This document shows, piece after piece, positions 1-10,813 of a stretch of DNA of 64,000 nt (the first letter of the stretch is position 1; each line of letters opens with the position of its first letter). Both the position numbers and the translations under genes were made by a program. The stretch covers positions 96,001 to 160,000 of the forward strand of contig CBDASZ010000001.1 in assembly GCA_965199755.1 (NCBI GenBank), given 5' to 3'. This DNA comes from an uncultured candidatus Porisulfidus sp. Lineage in GTDB: Bacteria > Pseudomonadota > Gammaproteobacteria > Poriferisulfidales > Poriferisulfidaceae. The notes beneath the pieces are model-generated. The model saw nothing but the letters and a program-made list of their open reading frames with translations. It did not search any database and was not told the origin of the DNA.

Positions 1-35
1 AGCAGAAACGCCCCAACGCTGATTAAAAAAGTCAT
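1..35 (-). CDS. rseP: 5' end of probable RIP metalloprotease RseP (runs off the window)
   Basis: ATG at 35 overlaps the dxr stop (ATGA); reads MTFLISVGAFL; dxr-rseP synteny. Confidence 0.55.
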   Translation of the reverse strand, partial: MTFLISVGAFL

Positions 36-1198
36 AGCGTCTCCATCACCGTGCGGGCGCGATCGCGGGCCTCCTCATCGGTGGCGATCACTTCCTCAAT
101 ATCCTGCGCCTCCGCGGCATAATTCCCGTCCAGAGTCTTCTCCACCACCACCGGGATCTGGGTGAAGCGAATGTGTCCTTGCAAGAACCCTGCCACCGCG
201 ATTTCGTTGGCCGCGTTCAGCACGATCGGCACTTTGCCGCCGGCCTCCAGTGCTTGACGCGCCAGATCTAGACACGGATAGCGCCCCGGTTCCGGTGGTG
301 CCCAGGTCAGTGGTGAGCATTTGGCCAGTTTCAGCGCGTCCACGCCGGTCGTGCAGCGCTCCGGGTAGAACAGGGTGTGTGCGATGGCGACGCGCATATC
401 CGGCGGTCCCAGATGCGCCATGGTCGAGCCGTCGCGCAGGGTGACCAGCGCGTGCACCAGAGATTGCGGATGGATCAGCACATTGATCTGCGGGGATTCG
501 AGATTGAACAGCCACTTGGCTTCGATCAATTCCAGACCCTTGTTCATCATGGTCGCGGAATCCACTGAGATCTTCGGCCCCATGCGCCAGTTCGGATGCG
601 CGATCGCTTGTTCGGGAGTCACGTGTTCCAGCGCCTCCAGCGGCGTCTCCCGGAATGGCCCGCCTGAGGCGGTCAGCACAATGCTTTCGATATCGTCAGT
701 TTCGGCACCGGCCAGACACTGGAACACCGCGTTGTGCTCGCTGTCGACCGGCAGCAGCGTGCAGTCATGCGCACGCACCGTCTCCATGAACACCCGACCG
801 CCGGCAACCAGCGCTTCCTTTCCGGCCAGAAGCACGCGCCGTCCGGCCTTGGCCGCCGCCAGCGTCGATGCCATGCCGGCCATGCCCACAATGCCAGCCA
901 TAACGCAGTCGGCATTGGTGTCAGCCGCCAGTTCACATAACTCATCGTTGCCCGACAAGACTTCCGTCGGCAGTGACTCACGGCGCACCGCTTCCGCCAA
1001 TTCCTTCGCCGCATCTGGGTTGACCATGGCCGCATAGCGCGGACGGTGTGTACGGCATTGCTCCAGCAAGCCGTCGACCCGTGAATACGCGCTGAGCGCG
1101 TAGACTTCCACCTGATCCGGATGGCGTGTGGCCAGGTCCAGCGTATTGACGCCGATCGTTCCAGTCGCACCGAGCACCGTCAGACGCATCGCGCTCAT
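32..1198 (-). CDS. dxr: 1-deoxy-D-xylulose-5-phosphate reductoisomerase
   Basis: LGATGTIG, LPVDSEH, LTASGGPFR, HPNWRMGPKISVDSATMMNKGLE motifs; start trimmed to the ATG overlapping the cdsA stop. Confidence 0.97.
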   Translation of the reverse strand: MSAMRLTVLGATGTIGVNTLDLATRHPDQVEVYALSAYSRVDGLLEQCRTHRPRYAAMVNPDAAKELAEAVRRESLPTEVLSGNDELCELAADTNADCVMAGIVGMAGMASTLAAAKAGRRVLLAGKEALVAGGRVFMETVRAHDCTLLPVDSEHNAVFQCLAGAETDDIESIVLTASGGPFRETPLEALEHVTPEQAIAHPNWRMGPKISVDSATMMNKGLELIEAKWLFNLESPQINVLIHPQSLVHALVTLRDGSTMAHLGPPDMRVAIAHTLFYPERCTTGVDALKLAKCSPLTWAPPEPGRYPCLDLARQALEAGGKVPIVLNAANEIAVAGFLQGHIRFTQIPVVVEKTLDGNYAAEAQDIEEVIATDEEARDRARTVMETL

Positions 1199-2013
1199 GG
1201 CACCCCCGCCGCAGGCCGTATCACCTGCATGCCCAGCGCAAACACCGGTGTGATCGCGATTATTGAATCCACCCGATCCAGCACGCCGCCGTGCCCCGGC
1301 AGCAAGACGCCGCTGTCTTTGGCTCCGGCGATACGTTTGAGCAGGCTTTCCGCCAGATCGCCGACCACCGCGAAACACGCGCACAGCGCGGCGAACGCCA
1401 CAAACACAAACCAGCCGACGGGTTCAAGCCCCAGCACCACAGCCAGCAACAAGGCCAGCAGCACCGCACCGCCCACGCCACCGACGAAGCCGGCGCGGGT
1501 CTTGTTCGGCGAGATGTCCGGGGCCAGCAGGGTCTTGCCGAAGCGCCGCCCGAACTCGTAGCCGCCAATATCAACTGCCGCCACCCACAGCAGCAACAGC
1601 AACAGATCCGACGTCGGCATCCACATCAGTAGCACCGCCGCGATCGGGATAGCGAGCATGCCGATATTCATCTGCAATATGACCTCCAGAATAATCGGCC
1701 ACCTTCTGACGCACAAGCGCAGCGCAAACGCAACCCACAGCACCAGCGCCAGAATGTGCACGGAGGTGAAGTATTCCAGCGGCAGCCACAAGGCCCCGCT
1801 GGTGGCGAGAAGCCCGGAAAGCAGGAGCGTGATGATCTGGACCTTGTCCTGGCCGAACAGACAGGCCCACTCAAAAATCGCGATGATGGCGGCAAGCGCG
1901 ACCAGTCCCTGCCAGATCCAGGCGGTGTCGTACCCCTCGCGAAGCGACAACGCCACCGCGACAGCCAGAACCAGAAGCAGTGCGGTGCGCACCCGTAGCT
2001 GCGACAAAATCAT
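1195..2013 (-). CDS. cdsA: phosphatidate cytidylyltransferase
   Basis: Polytopic membrane protein; ISPNKT, GDLAESLLKR..KDSG..LPGHGGVLDRVDS. Confidence 0.95.
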   Translation of the reverse strand: MILSQLRVRTALLLVLAVAVALSLREGYDTAWIWQGLVALAAIIAIFEWACLFGQDKVQIITLLLSGLLATSGALWLPLEYFTSVHILALVLWVAFALRLCVRRWPIILEVILQMNIGMLAIPIAAVLLMWMPTSDLLLLLLWVAAVDIGGYEFGRRFGKTLLAPDISPNKTRAGFVGGVGGAVLLALLLAVVLGLEPVGWFVFVAFAALCACFAVVGDLAESLLKRIAGAKDSGVLLPGHGGVLDRVDSIIAITPVFALGMQVIRPAAGVP

Positions 2014-2693
2014 GCGCCGCTTACGCCGAAGCGTCGGTCCCGAGCCGCAAACCAGCCCAATGCGGCATCAAATTGCAGCTCATCAAAATCCGGCCACAGC
2101 GTATCCGTGAAGTAAAACTCAGTATACGCCATCTGCCACAGCATGAAGTTGCTGAGCCGGCGCTCTCCGCCTGTGCGAATCAGCAAATCCGGCTCTGAAA
2201 GCCCGGCGGTGTCCAGCCGCGCCGAGACCGTCTCCTCGGTGATCGCGACCTCTTCTTCCTGACAGCGCTCCACCGCCCGCAGCAGATCCTGCCGCCCGCC
2301 ATAGTGCATGGCTACACACACGGTGAGGCGGGGATCGTCCGGCACCCGCTTATGCAGTTGTTCAATCTGTCGGCGTAAACCCGACGCGAAACATTGCAGA
2401 TCACCGATCACGCGCAGCTGCACGCCGCGCGCGAGGAAATCCTCGGTGTGCTCGGACAGGGCTTCGGCGAACAACTGCAACAGCAAGGACACCTGTCGCG
2501 CCGGACGGTGTCGATTCTCGTTGCTGAAGGTGAACAGGCTCAGTACGCTGATGTTGCGCTTGAGCGCATGCTCCACCAGCCGGCTGGTGATGTCCATGCC
2601 GGCGCGATAGCCGGCCTCGTAAGAACGACGCCGACGCCGCGCCCAGCGGCGATTGCCATCCATAATCAGGGCGACGTGAGCGGGATAATCCAT
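2010..2693 (-). CDS. uppS: undecaprenyl diphosphate synthase
   Basis: HVALIMDGNRRWA, FSNEN, PDLLIRTGGERRLSNFMLWQ. Confidence 0.95.
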   Translation of the reverse strand: MDYPAHVALIMDGNRRWARRRRRSYEAGYRAGMDITSRLVEHALKRNISVLSLFTFSNENRHRPARQVSLLLQLFAEALSEHTEDFLARGVQLRVIGDLQCFASGLRRQIEQLHKRVPDDPRLTVCVAMHYGGRQDLLRAVERCQEEEVAITEETVSARLDTAGLSEPDLLIRTGGERRLSNFMLWQMAYTEFYFTDTLWPDFDELQFDAALGWFAARDRRFGVSGA

Positions 2694-2722
2694 GGCAACA
2701 GATCTGCGGCGCACGCCTTCGG

Positions 2723-3280
2723 TCAGACTTCGAGCAGGGCTTTCTCTTTTTCCGCGGCCAGGTGCTCTGCGTCGCGAATCGCGTCGTCGGTCAGTTGTTG
2801 CACGACGTCCTGATCGTGGCGTTCCTCGTCTTCCGTGAGGTCTTTCTCTTTGAGCAGTTCTTTCAGCATCTGATTGGCGTCGCGGCGCACATTGCGGATC
2901 GACACACGCGCCTCTTCAAGCGTCTCGCGCACCACGCGAGCCTGCTCGCGCCGGCGTTCCTCGGTCAGCGGCGGCATTGGGAGGCGCACCACCTGGCCTG
3001 CGGTATTCGGTGTGATGCCCAAATTGGAGCTCGCCAGCGCCCGCTCGACTCCCTGCACCATGCTTTGCTCCCAGACCTGCACCACCAGCGTGCGCCCTTC
3101 CTCAACGGTGACGCTACCGACCTGCGAGATCGGCGTCTCCACGCCGTAGTACTCGACCCGGATCGGGTCCAGCAGGCTCGGATGCGCACGGGCCGTGCGA
3201 ATGCGGGTCAGCGCCTCGCTTAGCACTTTCAGGCTTTTTTGCATGCGCACACGCGCATCGTCGAGTATTTCTTCACGCAT
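2723..3280 (-). CDS. frr: ribosome recycling factor
   Basis: [32 protein letters not shown]. Confidence 0.97.
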   Translation of the reverse strand: MREEILDDARVRMQKSLKVLSEALTRIRTARAHPSLLDPIRVEYYGVETPISQVGSVTVEEGRTLVVQVWEQSMVQGVERALASSNLGITPNTAGQVVRLPMPPLTEERRREQARVVRETLEEARVSIRNVRRDANQMLKELLKEKDLTEDEERHDQDVVQQLTDDAIRDAEHLAAEKEKALLEV

Positions 3281-4001
3281 TTCCACCCTCCGAATCGACC
3301 AGAGTCCCGACCGCCTCGCCATCAATCGCGCGCGTCAGCGCGCCGGACTCGAACACGTTAAACACCCGCACCGGCATGCGGTGATCGCGGCACAGCACCA
3401 GCGCAGTGGAGTCCATGACTTCCAGTTTGCGCGCCAGCGCCTCATCGTAGTGAATATGCGCGAAGCGCTCGGCCTCAGGGTTGGTCATCGGATCCTCCGA
3501 GTACACGCCGTCCACCTTGGTCGCCTTGAATAGAATTTCGGCATTGATTTCCACCGCGCGCAGACTGGCTGCCGAATCGGTGGTGAAGAACGGATTGCCG
3601 GTGCCTGAGGCGAAGATGACCAAACGGTCTTTCTCCAGATGGCGCACCGCGCGACGGCGGATATAGTTCTCGCACACCTGCGGCACGGGTACCGCCGACA
3701 TGACCCGACAGGCTACCGCGTGCTGCTCCAGCGCATCCTGCAGCGCCAGCGCATTGATCAGCGTGCCTAACATACCCATGTGATCGGCGGTCACCCGGTC
3801 GGTGCCGGCACCCTGAAGATCCTTGCCGCGAACGATATTGCCGCCGCCGATGACTACCGCCAGCTGCACACCTTGCTCGACGGCAGCTGCCATGTCGCGC
3901 GCCAGCGCGGTGACGGCTTCGGGGTCAATGCCATGAGCGCGGCCGCCCATTAACGCCTCACCGCTTAATTTCAACAGAATGCGGCAGTAGGCGGCGGCCA
4001 T
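3273..4001 (-). CDS. pyrH: UMP kinase
   Basis: [30 protein letters not shown]. Confidence 0.97.
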   Translation of the reverse strand: MAAAYCRILLKLSGEALMGGRAHGIDPEAVTALARDMAAAVEQGVQLAVVIGGGNIVRGKDLQGAGTDRVTADHMGMLGTLINALALQDALEQHAVACRVMSAVPVPQVCENYIRRRAVRHLEKDRLVIFASGTGNPFFTTDSAASLRAVEINAEILFKATKVDGVYSEDPMTNPEAERFAHIHYDEALARKLEVMDSTALVLCRDHRMPVRVFNVFESGALTRAIDGEAVGTLVDSEGGNA

Positions 4002-4010
4002 AGCAGGGTC

Positions 4011-4883
4011 TCAGTCGGTATTGCTGAACTTCTCGGTCTGGGCGCGCACTTCTTCGGCGAAGTTCTCCTGCTTTTTCTCCAGACCTTCACCCACTTCCAG
4101 ACGCACGAACTCGCGCACGGAAGCGCCTTTGGCGCTCAACACCTTGCCGACTGCGGTGTCGGCATCCAGCACATAAGCCTGACCGAGCAGCGTGATGCCA
4201 GCCAGGTACTTGCGCAGCCGGCCTTCGATCATTTTCTCAATGATTTCCGGCGGCTTGCCGGATTCTTCAGCTTGCGCCTTGAAGACGTCGCGCTCAGACT
4301 GCAACAATTCCTCCGGCACATCCGCATCGCTCACGCAGACCGGATTAAAGGCGGCCACGTGCATGGCCAATCCCCGTCCCAGTTCGTCATCGCCATCGTG
4401 CGCCACCAGTGCGCCGATGCGCCGGTTGTGCACATAACAACCCAGTGCGCCATCGCCAGCCTGCAGCCGGATTATGCGGCGGACCTGAATGTTCTCGCCG
4501 AGTTTCGAGATCAGATCAAGGCGCTGCTCCTCAAAGCCCTGCGCCATTAGTGCGTCTACTTCTGTCGCGCCTGAGGTCAGTGCCGCATCCGCGCACGCTT
4601 GTCCGAATTGCAGAAAACTCTCATCCTTGGCGACAAAGTCTGTCTCACTGTTGACTTCCAGCAACAATGCTTCAGAACCGTCCTCAGTCTGCGCCAGCAG
4701 CATCGCGCCTTCTGCGGTGATGCGCCCAGACTTCTTATCGGCCTGCGCCTGTCCGCTGGTGCGCAGATGACGCGCGGCCGCTTCCAGATCGCCGTCGCAT
4801 TCGACCAGCGCCTGCTTGCACTGCATCATGCCGACGCCCGTGCGCTCGCGCAATTCCTTAACCTGTTGCGCACTGATGCTCAT
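4011..4883 (-). CDS. tsf: elongation factor Ts
   Basis: [26 protein letters not shown]. Confidence 0.98.
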   Translation of the reverse strand: MSISAQQVKELRERTGVGMMQCKQALVECDGDLEAAARHLRTSGQAQADKKSGRITAEGAMLLAQTEDGSEALLLEVNSETDFVAKDESFLQFGQACADAALTSGATEVDALMAQGFEEQRLDLISKLGENIQVRRIIRLQAGDGALGCYVHNRRIGALVAHDGDDELGRGLAMHVAAFNPVCVSDADVPEELLQSERDVFKAQAEESGKPPEIIEKMIEGRLRKYLAGITLLGQAYVLDADTAVGKVLSAKGASVREFVRLEVGEGLEKKQENFAEEVRAQTEKFSNTD

Positions 4884-5878
4884 GACTTGACTTCTTCTTC
4901 GGTGTCCGCCGGTGCCACCTCAGCGGGAGCTTCTGCTTCAGCAGTCGGTTCCACAGCGGCGGGTGCCTCTTCCACTTGAGCGGTCTCGACCGCTTCTAGC
5001 TCGACTTCCTTGGGGGCGTCCGATTCGGCAGATTCGTCCGCAGTGTCTTTCGCCTTGGCTTTCTTCGGCTTCTTGTCTACCGCGTCAGCCTTGCCTTTCT
5101 TCGGGCCCGCGCGCAGCAGGGTGCGTTTGCCCTTGCGTTCCACGGAATCCGCACGTGGGCGGCGAACCGTGGGCATCGTCGCGCTGTCTTCCTCGGCCTG
5201 TTTGCGTCCCTCAAGAATCGCCTCGCAGACAATCTCCATATACAGCCGCACCGAACGAATCGCGTCATCATTGCCGGGGATCACATAGTCAATGCCGTCG
5301 GTGGAACTGTTGGTGTCCACCACCGCGATCACCGGAATGTTCAGGCGCTGCGCTTCGCGCACCGCGATGTTCTCATAGCGCACATCAATCACGAACAGCG
5401 CGTCCGGCAGACGCTCCATTTCTTCAATGCCGCCGAGACTGCGATTGAGTTTGACCTGCTCGCGGTCAAGCCGCAAGGCTTCCTTCTTGCTCAAGCGTTT
5501 GCGCAAGCCCTCTTCATCCATACGCCGCAGATCCTGCAAGCGCTTGATGGAATTGCGCACCGTATGAAAGTTGGTCAGCGTGCCACCGAGCCAGCGGTGC
5601 GCCACATACGGCACCTGGCACTCCTCGGCCTTGGCGCGAACAATGTCCTGCGCTGCACGCTTGGTACCAACCACCAAAATGGTCTTGCCTTCGGCTGCGA
5701 CCTGACGGATCGCGTCGGCCGCCTCATCCAGCATGCGCTGGGTGATTTCCAGATTGAAAATGTGAATTTTGTTGCGCTCGCCGAAAATATACGGTGCCAT
5801 CCCCGGATTCCAGTATCGGGTCTGATGCCCGAAATGGACACCGGCTTCCAGCATTTCGCGCAAGGTGGCGCGTGGCAT
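4880..5878 (-). CDS. rpsB: 30S ribosomal protein S2 with a long charged C-terminal extension
   Basis: [37 protein letters not shown]. Confidence 0.98.
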   Translation of the reverse strand: MPRATLREMLEAGVHFGHQTRYWNPGMAPYIFGERNKIHIFNLEITQRMLDEAADAIRQVAAEGKTILVVGTKRAAQDIVRAKAEECQVPYVAHRWLGGTLTNFHTVRNSIKRLQDLRRMDEEGLRKRLSKKEALRLDREQVKLNRSLGGIEEMERLPDALFVIDVRYENIAVREAQRLNIPVIAVVDTNSSTDGIDYVIPGNDDAIRSVRLYMEIVCEAILEGRKQAEEDSATMPTVRRPRADSVERKGKRTLLRAGPKKGKADAVDKKPKKAKAKDTADESAESDAPKEVELEAVETAQVEEAPAAVEPTAEAEAPAEVAPADTEEEVKS

Positions 5879-5884
5879 ATTCGC

Positions 5885-5990
5885 CCTCCTGATGGGTTGT
5901 CAACTTGTCGAAAACCAGTGCGGACAACCCCTTTTCAGTGGAGCACCCCGTCGCGCATCATGACGGTTTCGACGCGAATTTCACACAGGC
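5885..5990 (-). promoter_or_regulatory. rpsB leader (t44-like S2 autoregulatory RNA)
   Basis: Minus strand has GGGGTG...GGGGTT...AACCC elements before the RBS, as in gammaproteobacterial rpsB leaders; TATAAT -10 at 6011-6016. Confidence 0.5.
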
Positions 5991-6350
5991 CATGCCCGTG
6001 CGAGGATGCCATTATACATGGAGGGACTTGTGTGCGATTTACTAATGGGTATTATGAGGTGAGTGCGGGATGGAGTTGGGGCGACTGTCATACCCACCAG
6101 AAATTGAACGTCGCATACCCAGCAGACCGCGGCCACTACTGGTTGATCGGAAGGGGGCAGTTGGGGCGTTGCCCGAACAGTGGAAGCGATGTGCCAACAC
6201 CGAGCGAGAGACAATGGGGATGGCGAGATTTTGCTTACTTGGAAAGAACTGCTCAAAGGTACCGAGAAGCAGGCGATCAGCGCAAACAGTAACTTCCGTA
6301 ACTGTACACGATCTTATGAGAAACTTGGTTTCGGCTAGGGAGATCAGATT

Positions 6351-6599
6351 CTATCGGTGCCTAGCTTTCCACCGCGCAACATCGTTCGGGCGAACAACTA
6401 AAGCTTCCAGATCTGGAGGATACAAGCCCACTTCAAGACGATACAGATCAACACCATTGCTGAGGGCGGAAATCTGAATTCGGGTAGCATCGATATTGGC
6501 TTTATTCAGCCACTTGAAAACCTGCGGTACGGCAATCGACCCGATCAATCCCAAAATTACCAGGACAATAAGTAATTCAAGGAGGGTAAAGCCCCTCAT
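6351..6599 (-). pseudogene. gspG: truncated type II secretion major pseudopilin GspG
   Basis: [15 protein letters not shown] prepilin motif, DLYRLEVGLYP..LEALV; stops at 82 aa before the GPYL/DPWG region; no gsp neighbours. Confidence 0.75.
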
Positions 6600-6848
6600 T
6601 CGGGAAAGAGTTTGAGATCATGCCTTCATTTTACTATTTTGGTCTCATTCTGTATGAGATCAAGACCTAGGCCACGGGATTTACGGCAAGCGGGTATAAT
6701 CACTTGCTTCATAAGGAACGTATCGTGGAATTACGCCGCGCGTCCGCCGAATAAGGCGTTTCGCCCGGACGTGAAGTTTTGGCTTCACGGTTCCCGAATG
6801 GCCACAACTTCAATCGCTACACGTACACTTTTGAATGAGGAGACCACC

Positions 6849-8261
6849 ATGACACCGGAAGAAATTCTGAAAACCCTCTCGGAGGCCGACGTACGCTACG
6901 TCGACTTCCGTTTCACTGACACGCGCGGCAAGGAGCAGCACGTTTCCGTGCCTTCCGCCGAGATCGACGAGGATCTGTTTGAACACGGCAAAATGTTCGA
7001 CGGCTCATCCATCGCCGGCTGGAAAGGCATCAATGAATCCGACATGATTCTGATGCCGGACCCCTCCACCGCCGTACTCGATCCGTTCTACACCGACACC
7101 ACACTGTTGCTGCGCTGCGATATCATCGAGCCGACGACCATGCGTCCGTATGGTCGCGACAGCCGGGGCATCGCCAAAAAGGCTGAAGCCTACCTGCAGT
7201 CCACTGGTATCGCCGACACCGCCTTTTTTGGGCCGGAACCCGAATTTTTCGTGTTCGAGGGCGTGCGCTGGTCGGATGAGATGCAGCACTGCATGTATGA
7301 AGTGCATTCACAGGAAGGTGCCTGGAGTTCCGCGCAGGATCATTTCGATGAGACCAACCTCGGACACCGTCCGGGCGTGAAAGGCGGCTACTTTCCGGTA
7401 CCGCCGGTCGACAGCCTGCAGGACATCCGCTCCGCAATGTGCGAAACCCTCAGTGAGATGGGCGTGCGGGCTGAAGTACATCATCACGAGGTCGCCACTG
7501 CCGGCCAGTGCGAGATCGGCACCCGGTTCGACTCGCTGGTGCGCCGCGCTGACATGAACCAGATCCTCAAGTATGTGGTGATGAATGTGGCGCATAACTT
7601 TGGCAAGACCGCGACGTTCATGCCCAAACCTCTGGTCGGCGACAACGGCAACGGCATGCACGTGCACCAGTCGCTCAGCAAGGACGGCAAGAACCTGTTC
7701 GCCGGTGACGGCGTCGGCGGACTATCCGAAACCGCGCTGCACTACATCGGCGGCATCATCAAGCACGCGCGCACGATCAACGCTTTCTCCAACGCCTCCA
7801 CCAACAGCTACAAACGGCTGGTGCCAGGCTTTGAAGCACCAGTGTTGCTGGCGTATTCGGCGCGTAACCGTTCGGCTTCAGTGCGCATCCCGCACGTCCC
7901 AAGTCCGCAGCAGCGCCGCCTTGAGGTCCGCTTCGGAGACGCCGCAGGCAACCCTTATCTGACCTTCGCCGCCATGCTGATGGCCGGTCTTGACGGGATT
8001 GCCAACAAGATTGATCCGGGCGAACCGATGGACAAGGATCTGTACGATCTGCCGCCGGAAGAGGAAGCCTCCATTCCTCACGTCTGCCACTCACTGGATC
8101 AGGCGCTGGAAGCACTGGATAGCAACCGGGACTTCCTCAAGGCCGGAGACGTTTTCAACGACGACGCAATTGATGGCTACATTGAACTCAAGATGGAAGA
8201 AGTGACCCGCCTGCGGGCCGCCACGCATCCGGTTGAGTTCGACATGTACTACAGTCTGTAA
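6849..8261 (+). CDS. glnA: type I glutamine synthetase
   Basis: [36 protein letters not shown], adenylylation site DKDLYDLP; GAGGAG RBS before ATG 6849. Confidence 0.98.
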   Translation: MTPEEILKTLSEADVRYVDFRFTDTRGKEQHVSVPSAEIDEDLFEHGKMFDGSSIAGWKGINESDMILMPDPSTAVLDPFYTDTTLLLRCDIIEPTTMRPYGRDSRGIAKKAEAYLQSTGIADTAFFGPEPEFFVFEGVRWSDEMQHCMYEVHSQEGAWSSAQDHFDETNLGHRPGVKGGYFPVPPVDSLQDIRSAMCETLSEMGVRAEVHHHEVATAGQCEIGTRFDSLVRRADMNQILKYVVMNVAHNFGKTATFMPKPLVGDNGNGMHVHQSLSKDGKNLFAGDGVGGLSETALHYIGGIIKHARTINAFSNASTNSYKRLVPGFEAPVLLAYSARNRSASVRIPHVPSPQQRRLEVRFGDAAGNPYLTFAAMLMAGLDGIANKIDPGEPMDKDLYDLPPEEEASIPHVCHSLDQALEALDSNRDFLKAGDVFNDDAIDGYIELKMEEVTRLRAATHPVEFDMYYSL

Positions 8262-8289
8262 AACCGCATCAAGCAGACCTTCTCGCTCG

Positions 8290-9135
8290 ATGCACAGCAT
8301 GACCGCCTTTGCCCGTGCCGAGGTCGCCTTCGGACATGGGCAGATGGTGGTTGAAATCCGCTCGGTCAATCACCGGCTTCTGCAAACAGGACTGCATCTG
8401 CCGCGTGAGTGCTCCGTACTGGAACCGGCATGGCGCAAACAGATACGCGAAGCCTGCGCCCGCGGCAAAGTAGATGTGGCCGCGCACTTTCTGGGCGATC
8501 CGGTCGAAAACCGTCACGAACACCTCAACACGGCGCGCCTGCGCCGCCTGATCAGCCTGAGCCGCCGGATCGCGCCAGCCGCAGACATCTCCCGTCTGCT
8601 GGAACTGAACACGGTCTGGAACGTCCAGCACATTTCGCCGGAATCCCTGCACCCGATCGCGCAACAGGGCTTCGACCAAGCGCTAGAGACCTTTGTCGAA
8701 CAGCGCGAATGCGAGGGTGCGCGGCTGGACAAAATCCTGCGCGAGCATTTCGACATCATCCGCCAGTGTGTCACCGCCGTGCGCGAGCGCCGACCGGAAG
8801 TCCGCGACGCCTTGCGCGGGCGCTGGGAAAACAAACTGGAAGAACTGAAGACCTCCATGGACGCGCATCGGCTGGAGCAGGAGATCGCCATAGAACTGGT
8901 GCACACGGACATTGAGGAAGAACTCGACCGACTCGACAGCCATATCGTGGAAACAGAAAAGACTCTGGACTCCTCCGGCCCGCAAGGGCGCAAACTAGAC
9001 TTCCTGATGCAGGAATTCGCGCGCGAAGCCAGCACACTGGCCTCCAAGTCGCACGATAATGAAACCAGCCGTATCGCCGTGGACCTCAAAGTCGTCATCG
9101 ACCAGATGCGCGAACAGGTCCAGAATGTGGAGTGA
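8290..9135 (+). CDS. yicC: YicC/YloC family endoribonuclease
   Basis: SMTAFAR, EIRSVNHR, GRKLDFLMQEFARE, MREQVQNVE. Confidence 0.93.
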   Translation: MHSMTAFARAEVAFGHGQMVVEIRSVNHRLLQTGLHLPRECSVLEPAWRKQIREACARGKVDVAAHFLGDPVENRHEHLNTARLRRLISLSRRIAPAADISRLLELNTVWNVQHISPESLHPIAQQGFDQALETFVEQRECEGARLDKILREHFDIIRQCVTAVRERRPEVRDALRGRWENKLEELKTSMDAHRLEQEIAIELVHTDIEEELDRLDSHIVETEKTLDSSGPQGRKLDFLMQEFAREASTLASKSHDNETSRIAVDLKVVIDQMREQVQNVE

Positions 9136-9163
9136 TTAAGTATTCCACCACACTTTTGACTGG

Positions 9164-9652
9164 ATGATCTCTCTGGCAATCCTGACTTGTGGCGGAACCT
9201 TTGACAAGGTTTATCACGATGCCCTGAGTGCCTACACCATTGGCGCGCCATGCGCGCCGGATATTCTGGCCGAGGCCGGCATACGCGGCGACGGCTGGGA
9301 ATTGATTGAGGTCATGCGCAAAGACAGCCTCGACATGACCGACGCTGACCGCGACACTCTGTATCAGGCGGTGGTCAACTGCAGCGCAACGCATTTGGTG
9401 ATCATTCATGGCACCGACACGATGGTGGATTCCGCCGCGCGTCTGGCCGACATTGAAGACAAAACCATCGTATTCACCGGCGCGATGAGTCCGGCGCGCT
9501 TTCGGCAAACCGACGCGCCTTTCAATACCGGCTTTGCCATCGCCTCCGCCCTGCATGCCGTGCCCGGCATCTATATCGCCATGGGCGGACAACTGCACTC
9601 CCACGATCAGGTACGCAAGAATCGCGAACAAGGCCGCTTTGAAGCGACCTGA
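9164..9652 (+). CDS. asparaginase-domain protein (short form)
   Basis: TCGGTFDK, KDSLDMT, IIHGTDTM motifs. Confidence 0.85.
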   Translation: MISLAILTCGGTFDKVYHDALSAYTIGAPCAPDILAEAGIRGDGWELIEVMRKDSLDMTDADRDTLYQAVVNCSATHLVIIHGTDTMVDSAARLADIEDKTIVFTGAMSPARFRQTDAPFNTGFAIASALHAVPGIYIAMGGQLHSHDQVRKNREQGRFEAT

Positions 9653-9662
9653 AGCAGTGCCC

Positions 9663-9690
9663 CTTGAAATTGGGACCACTCACTCCCATT
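9663..9690 (+). promoter_or_regulatory. sigma32 (RpoH) heat-shock promoter
   Basis: CTTGAAA-N15-CCCATT upstream of the Hsp20 gene. Confidence 0.7.
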
Positions 9691-9762
9691 AAAAGAGTAA
9701 GGAAACAGGGCTGGCACCCATGGTGCGAGACCTGTACAACAACTACCAGTAAGGAGGGAATA

Positions 9763-10200
9763 ATGATATTTCCAAACATTTACACCGATCCTTTCGGTGC
9801 CTTAACCCGAAACTGGGGTACGCTGTTTCAGGGTACCCCTTCTGGCCTGTATTCGTCCGGGAACGGCTGGACGGTGCTGGTCGACATTGCCGACCACAGC
9901 GATGCCTACACGATTACCGCCGACTTGCCGGGAGTGAACCCCGATGATGTCACAATCTCGGTGGATGGCGATATCCTGAAAGTCACGGGCGAGCGTGCCA
10001 CTCCGAAAGCGACCGCTGATGAGGGGCCGCGCTACTACCACATGGAGCGAGGGCACGGTGCCTTTGAGCGGCGCTTCCAGTTGCCTGCGAACGTTGATGC
10101 GGACGCGATTGAGGCGCACTTTAACAAGGGCGTTTTGAGCATCCGAATCGCCAAGCAGCCTGAGGCTGCGCCGCGGAGTATCACGGTTCAGGTCAACTGA
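9763..10200 (+). CDS. Hsp20/alpha-crystallin small heat-shock protein
   Basis: ADLPGV, ERGHGAFERRFQLP, GVLSIRIAK; AAGGAGG RBS. Confidence 0.93.
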   Translation: MIFPNIYTDPFGALTRNWGTLFQGTPSGLYSSGNGWTVLVDIADHSDAYTITADLPGVNPDDVTISVDGDILKVTGERATPKATADEGPRYYHMERGHGAFERRFQLPANVDADAIEAHFNKGVLSIRIAKQPEAAPRSITVQVN

Positions 10201-10220
10201 TCGGCATACCTACCTGCCTG

Positions 10221-10256
10221 CGGGCTCGTCGAAGCGATTCGGCGAGCCCGTTTTTT
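10221..10256 (+). terminator. rho-independent terminator
   Basis: CGGGCTCGTCGAA/TTCGGCGAGCCCG stem followed by T6. Confidence 0.85.
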
Positions 10257-10402
10257 GTGAGAAACTCAATGACGTAAATATGCGCCCTATCAACCCAGAA
10301 CTGCTCACTGACTATGATATATTTCCAGCAATAACTCCAAGAACAGTACTAGCCCTTAGTTTGATGTTCGACACCGCTAAATCCGACCCAAACTTAACAG
10401 GA

Positions 10403-10813
10403 TCACTTTATGAGAATCGCAAACCTTTCCTGTTCGAAGTGATGATCGCTTGATAGAACCTCTTCTATGGAGTTCTCCTCCATGACAATCATGGAAATAC
10501 AGTCTTGCATGCTATATTTCTTGTCAGGCCGTTCCTTGTAACGTTTTAAACCTTTCATTAGAAGATCGTGGGTTTGCGGAACAACCCTGACGTTTGCATC
10601 TTCAAAAACGTTTTGTACTATCTTCACTCCATACTCGCGCAAGTCAGAGCCGAGATTTGAAAGGCCGGTCAGAAACTCTACCAGCACCGTCTCAGTAGTC
10701 ATCACCTTAACCTGTCCCAAGGCAGCGAATGCCTGCTCCGCCGCTTTATGCCATTGATCTTGGGGGTTGGCGATGGCGACCCAATATGAAGTATCTGCGA
10801 AAACAGTTTTCAC
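10403..10813 (-). CDS. PIN-domain (VapC-like) toxin
   Basis: VFADTSYWVA..DQWH, VLVE, YSMQDCISM, SSDHHFEQ acidic PIN residues. Confidence 0.9.
   Translation of the reverse strand: MKTVFADTSYWVAIANPQDQWHKAAEQAFAALGQVKVMTTETVLVEFLTGLSNLGSDLREYGVKIVQNVFEDANVRVVPQTHDLLMKGLKRYKERPDKKYSMQDCISMIVMEENSIEEVLSSDHHFEQERFAILIK

Noticed and set aside
6612-6848. 79-aa N-terminal extension of GlnA, or a canonical glutamine riboswitch
   Set aside because: The RBS and homology place the start at 6849; I could not match the known glnA RNA motif by eye.
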